From: Myxococcota bacterium
GTDB taxonomy: Bacteria; Myxococcota_A; UBA9160; UBA4427
Direction of reading: 5' to 3'
Assembly (NCBI GenBank): GCA_028284295.1
Contig: JANQSB010000068.1
Location: forward strand, 5,571-69,570
Length of the DNA stretch: 64,000 bases
Part shown: positions 63,482 through 64,000 of the stretch, in pieces
How positions within the stretch are numbered: the stretch's first letter is position 1
Layout of the letters: every line of letters begins with the position of its first letter
The notes under the pieces: model-generated
Told to the model about the DNA's origin: nothing
Database searches by the model: none
The model's input: only the letters and a program-made list of their open reading frames with translations
Made by a program: the position numbers and the translations under genes

Positions 63482-63636
63482 CGGGCGACGGGCTCCACGG
63501 GGCCCCTGGGGCGGCCACCGGGAGGACCCGGGCCTGTGCTATCGAAGCCCCGGGTTCGAGCGAGAACCGGGTTCGAGCGCGGATTCGGGCTGCCAAGCAG
63601 GAGCTCTCGAGGGTCTCGAGTCCAGGAGGAGCGGGG

Positions 63637-64000
63637 ATGTCCGGGGAGACCGGAGGCAGCTCGGGCGGCCGGGAGGCCGTGCTGCGGCACGCGCCGCGTG
63701 CGGCCGCAGCGCTGGCCGGGCTCGAGGCCGGGGCCTGGTCCGCGATGCAGGACGCCGATCGCTTGGCGCTGGCCGAGCTGGCCTTCCGCGTCGTCGCGGC
63801 CCAACATGGAAAGGCGTCGCTGACGCCTCCTCCCGGCGCCGACGCGAGTCCGTGGCGCGAGATCGACGCGGCGCGCTGGCGCGACGCGAGTGGCCTGGGC
63901 CCGGAGGAGCGCGCCGCCCTCGTCTTCGCCGAGCAGGTGGCCTTCGACGTGGCCAGCCTGGGCGAGGCCGAGCGGGATGCGCTGCTCCAGGCGCTGGGCC
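63637..64000 (+). CDS. Partial ORF, possibly a carboxymuconolactone-decarboxylase/AhpD-like protein (continues beyond the window)
   Basis: ATG 63637, 7 nt after AGGAGGA. My translation MSGETGGSSGGREAVLRHAPRAAAALAGLE...PEERAALVFAEQVAFDVASLGEAERDALLQALG is open to the window edge. The family call is weak. Confidence 0.4.
   Translation, partial: MSGETGGSSGGREAVLRHAPRAAAALAGLEAGAWSAMQDADRLALAELAFRVVAAQHGKASLTPPPGADASPWREIDAARWRDASGLGPEERAALVFAEQVAFDVASLGEAERDALLQALG

Overview
Very GC-rich, gene-dense bacterial chromosomal segment with about 65 protein-coding genes. I found no rRNA, tRNA, CRISPR array, transposase, integrase or phage gene. Many of the longest ORFs in the supplied track are Arg/Pro/Gly/Asp-rich off-frame or antisense artefacts of the GC content. 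The real genes usually sit in another frame or use only the C-terminal part of a listed ORF. Start codons were re-picked using RBS-like purine runs and the frequent 4-nt ATGA/GTGA start/stop overlaps.

The left 10 kb is one minus-strand, translationally coupled ten-gene operon: a SulP/STAS anion transporter, DabA (DUF2309), a complete Mbh-ordered Mrp membrane module (E, F, G, split A-C/B, C, D), and a NuoL-like subunit that runs off the window edge. This is the most unusual system here. It may be a multi-subunit, ion-gradient-coupled inorganic-carbon uptake machine.

The remaining 54 kb is an accessory and catabolic region:
- Regulators: seven TetR genes, several with candidate palindromic operators.
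- Oxygenases: three class-B flavin monooxygenases, two P450s (one CYP153-like), an LLM, TauD, PhyH, and two membrane di-iron desaturase/hydroxylases.
- Other enzymes: three APH-fold kinases (one paired with an AGXT2L-type class-III PLP enzyme), two GFA genes each fused by overlap to an upstream gene, two crotonases, and a LanC-like gene coupled to a CocE/NonD hydrolase.
- Transport and signalling: a DUF1538-DUF1538-PII-CBS operon of unknown function, a BacNav channel with an acidic TLEDWTD filter, and c-di-GMP parts (GGDEF, PilZ).
- Secreted proteins: two PEP-CTERM proteins, one apparently frameshifted.

PEP-CTERM tails, Cys-rich secreted repeats, the channel filter and the GC content hint at a marine Myxococcota-like or related lineage. 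That is inference only. All functional calls come from reading motifs by eye; no database search was possible.
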